DNA of 64,000 nt, from positions 1 to 64,000 of the forward strand of contig CAXHJY010000180.1 of the NCBI GenBank assembly GCA_964016885.1. Reading direction: 5' to 3'. Of the stretch, positions 61,490 to 64,000 are shown piece after piece; position 1 is the first letter of the stretch, and each line of letters opens with the position of its first letter. This stretch comes from Eledone cirrhosa (taxonomy: Eukaryota). The position numbers and the translations under genes were made by a program. The notes below the pieces were generated by a model. The model saw only the letters and a list, made by a program, of their open reading frames with translations, did not search any database and was not told the DNA's origin.

Positions 61490-62399
61490 TTCTACATGAT
61501 CCATCCATGCATGATCCTTTAACACTTTTTTGAGCCATAGGCACCCTGTTGTGATATACGGCGTGGCTTGGGCATTTAAAGCTGGCGCTAAACACCCCTC
61601 CCAATATCTGAACACAGTCAAATTCTTCCAGAGAAAGAGAGGAGGTTAGAAATAGATATAGAGGAAGAATGAACCCTTGTGTCGGTACTTTATTTATCAA
61701 CCCTGAAAGGGTGAAAGGCAAAGTTGATTTCGGTGAAATTTGAACTCAAAGTGGAAAGTATTACAATAAACTGTTTAAGATACAGTCGATGAACACTTTA
61801 CTCAAGTAGCGATTGCTTGACATACCTATCATTTATAGATATGAACAAATAGGTAACTAGACACGACATCGAAATGTCAAGCAATCATTTCTTTCTTGAA
61901 TATCAAGTAAAAAGGCATACCTGGCGACGATGACCCCAAAGAGCAATACATTACTTGAAGTTTTTTGTTTAATATTATGTAAAACACATGAATTGTGCTA
62001 TTTTTTAATATCATTCTCACTAAATGCTGTGAATCTAATCCAAAATATGCAACACTGCCAAAATTACATATAATTTGTTGCTTTAATTAGAAATAACCAT
62101 CCGTATTAAAGATTAATATGGCATTTAAATGTTTTATTTATTAGTTAGTTATATATGTACATATACATAATCTATACAGTACTTCATGACATATACTGTA
62201 AATCGAACAAATGACGATCTACCATATTGGAATATTTTACTCATTTTTAATCCGAGGATAAACAATATTATTCGTACAGCGTAGGTTTTAAAAAATAGTG
62301 ATCCCGTCATCACCACCGTCCTATCCTCTCTTCCTCTCTCTTTTCATCCTCTTCATACAGCATAACAAACAATTTACGCCACAGATACAACTACTTTAA

Positions 62400-62607
62400 C
62401 CCTTTAGAATTTACATTACTCTATATATATACTATTGTATTTTACCTCACATAATGATCTCACGTAATATCGATTCTATAAGATTTTGATATTATTTATT
62501 TTGAGAACAATATCTTAACATCAGTATGAGCGGCTGGTTACAGCCAGTTTGAGCAGAAAGAGATGAAAGAATTCTGGCCGGATACAGCCGGTTTAAATGC
62601 TAAAGGG
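62400..62607. mobile_element. piggyBac-like MITE
   Basis: TTAA on both sides. TIRs CCCTTTAGAATTTA and TAAATGCTAAAGGG (13/14 match). Confidence 0.8.
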
Positions 62608-62666
62608 TTAATATAATAGACATGTTTTAATTTCGTTTACTTTTATAATATATGTATAAAGCAGAC

Positions 62667-63424
62667 AGAAAATAATTGTTTTTACTTTTACATCGACCCT
62701 AGTGCATTACTGATGCTTTATATTATCGACCCTGTAAGGATGAAAGGCAAAGCTAACCTTGGCAGGATTTGAACTCAGGCGTAAAGGGACTATGTCACAA
62801 AGCATGTTGTCTGACGCTCTACCAATACTGCCAATCTAGAAAATAATTGTTTCTACATTTGGCACAAGGCCAGCAATTATCCCAGTGTATTACTGTTACT
62901 TTATTTTATCGACCCCGTAAGGATGAAAGGCAAAGTTAACCTCGGCGGGATTTGAACTCAGTCCGTAAAGGGATGTAACTGTGCTGAAAAGCATGGCGTC
63001 CGACCCTCTACCGATACTGCCAATCCTAGAAAATAATTGTTTCTATTTTGGGCACAAGGCCAGCAATTACCCAGTACATTACTGGTACTTTATTTTATCG
63101 ACCCCGTAAAGATGAAAGGCAAAGTTAACCTCGGCGGGATTTGAACTCAGACTGTAAAGGAACGTAACTATGCTAGAACGCATGGCGTCCAACCCTCTAC
63201 CGATACTGCCAATTCACCCCACCAGAAAATAATTGTTTCTACTTTAGGCACAAGGCCAGCAATTACCCAGTGCATTACTGGTACTTTATTTTATCGACCC
63301 CGTAAGGATGAAAGGCAAAGTCAACCTTGGCGGGATTTGAACTCAGATCATAAAGGGACGTAACTATGCTGGAAAGCATGGCGTCCGACCCTCTACCGAT
63401 ACTGCCAATCCACCAGAAAATAAT
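62667..63424 (-). mobile_element. Array of four SINEs separated by five AGAAAATAAT repeats
   Basis: The 10-mer occurs at 62667, 62838, 63028, 63224 and 63415. Confidence 0.92.
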
Positions 63425-63614
63425 GCAATCCTGACACGATTCAGAAATTGTGGCTAGATTATTCAAACTACACTTTCAAATTGTACATCAATGATAATTA
63501 ATTTTGTAATTTCAACTACAGGAAAAAAAGTTTTTTCATATCCAAGTCGTCCAAATCATAGAAAATAATATTGTAATTTTCATAATTAACAAAGATTTTT
63601 CTTTCAGTGTTCTC

Positions 63615-63615
63615 T

Positions 63616-63650
<35 letters not shown>

Positions 63651-63694
63651 GGAGAGAGAGAGAGAGCGAGAGCGAGAGAGAGAGAGAGAGAGAG
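63615..63694. repeat. (GT)n(GA)n microsatellite
   Basis: Read directly from the sequence. Confidence 0.95.
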
Positions 63695-64000
63695 ATCAAT
63701 CGCCCAAAGCAGAGAATCGGAACTAAGCATTTGCATTTATGGTTTTGCTACACGATTTTGTCGAGATATTTAACGCAAAAATTATTTCTCTCTCCACCAA
63801 ATATCGTGCCCTAACATTTGTTTGGCATATACTCTTCAGTGATGTACAATCTCATGTTTTTACTCGGCTATTATTCTTTAAACTTTATCCATATTTTTTC
63901 TCACTGAAAGTATTCTAGCCTGACAGGCCGAGTTTTCCACCTAGTTTCCATTCTTTATTGAAACAAATTCAATTCTCTTCCGTCCTTACTATCCTTGAGT

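Noticed and set aside
62667-63424. CRISPR-like repeat-spacer appearance
   Set aside because: The repeats are 10 bp, the spacers are homologous SINEs, the context is eukaryotic and there are no cas genes.

Overview
AT-rich, repeat-dominated animal genomic DNA, most likely octopus (inferred from the SINE families and microsatellite load). Bases 1-20.7 kb are huge (TA)n/TACA tracts packed with retroelements: a Naiad-type Penelope-like element (PLE), a CR1/L2-group LINE, a Penelope RT-GIY-YIG element and several PLE tails. The rest holds L1/Tx1 and R4/Dong-like LINE fragments, about 20 tRNA-derived SINEs, a Helitron, hAT and piggyBac MITEs, and one probable host coding exon (minus strand, 42430-42669). 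The main signal the ORF track misses is RNA-level: about ten type I hammerhead ribozyme motifs. These include a tandem 296-nt retrozyme-like dimer (35.5-36.15 kb) and a hammerhead with a ~120-nt stem II (4724-4870). A four-SINE array with five copies of one 10-bp target site lies at 62.7-63.4 kb. All long YI/IY ORFs are microsatellite artefacts.
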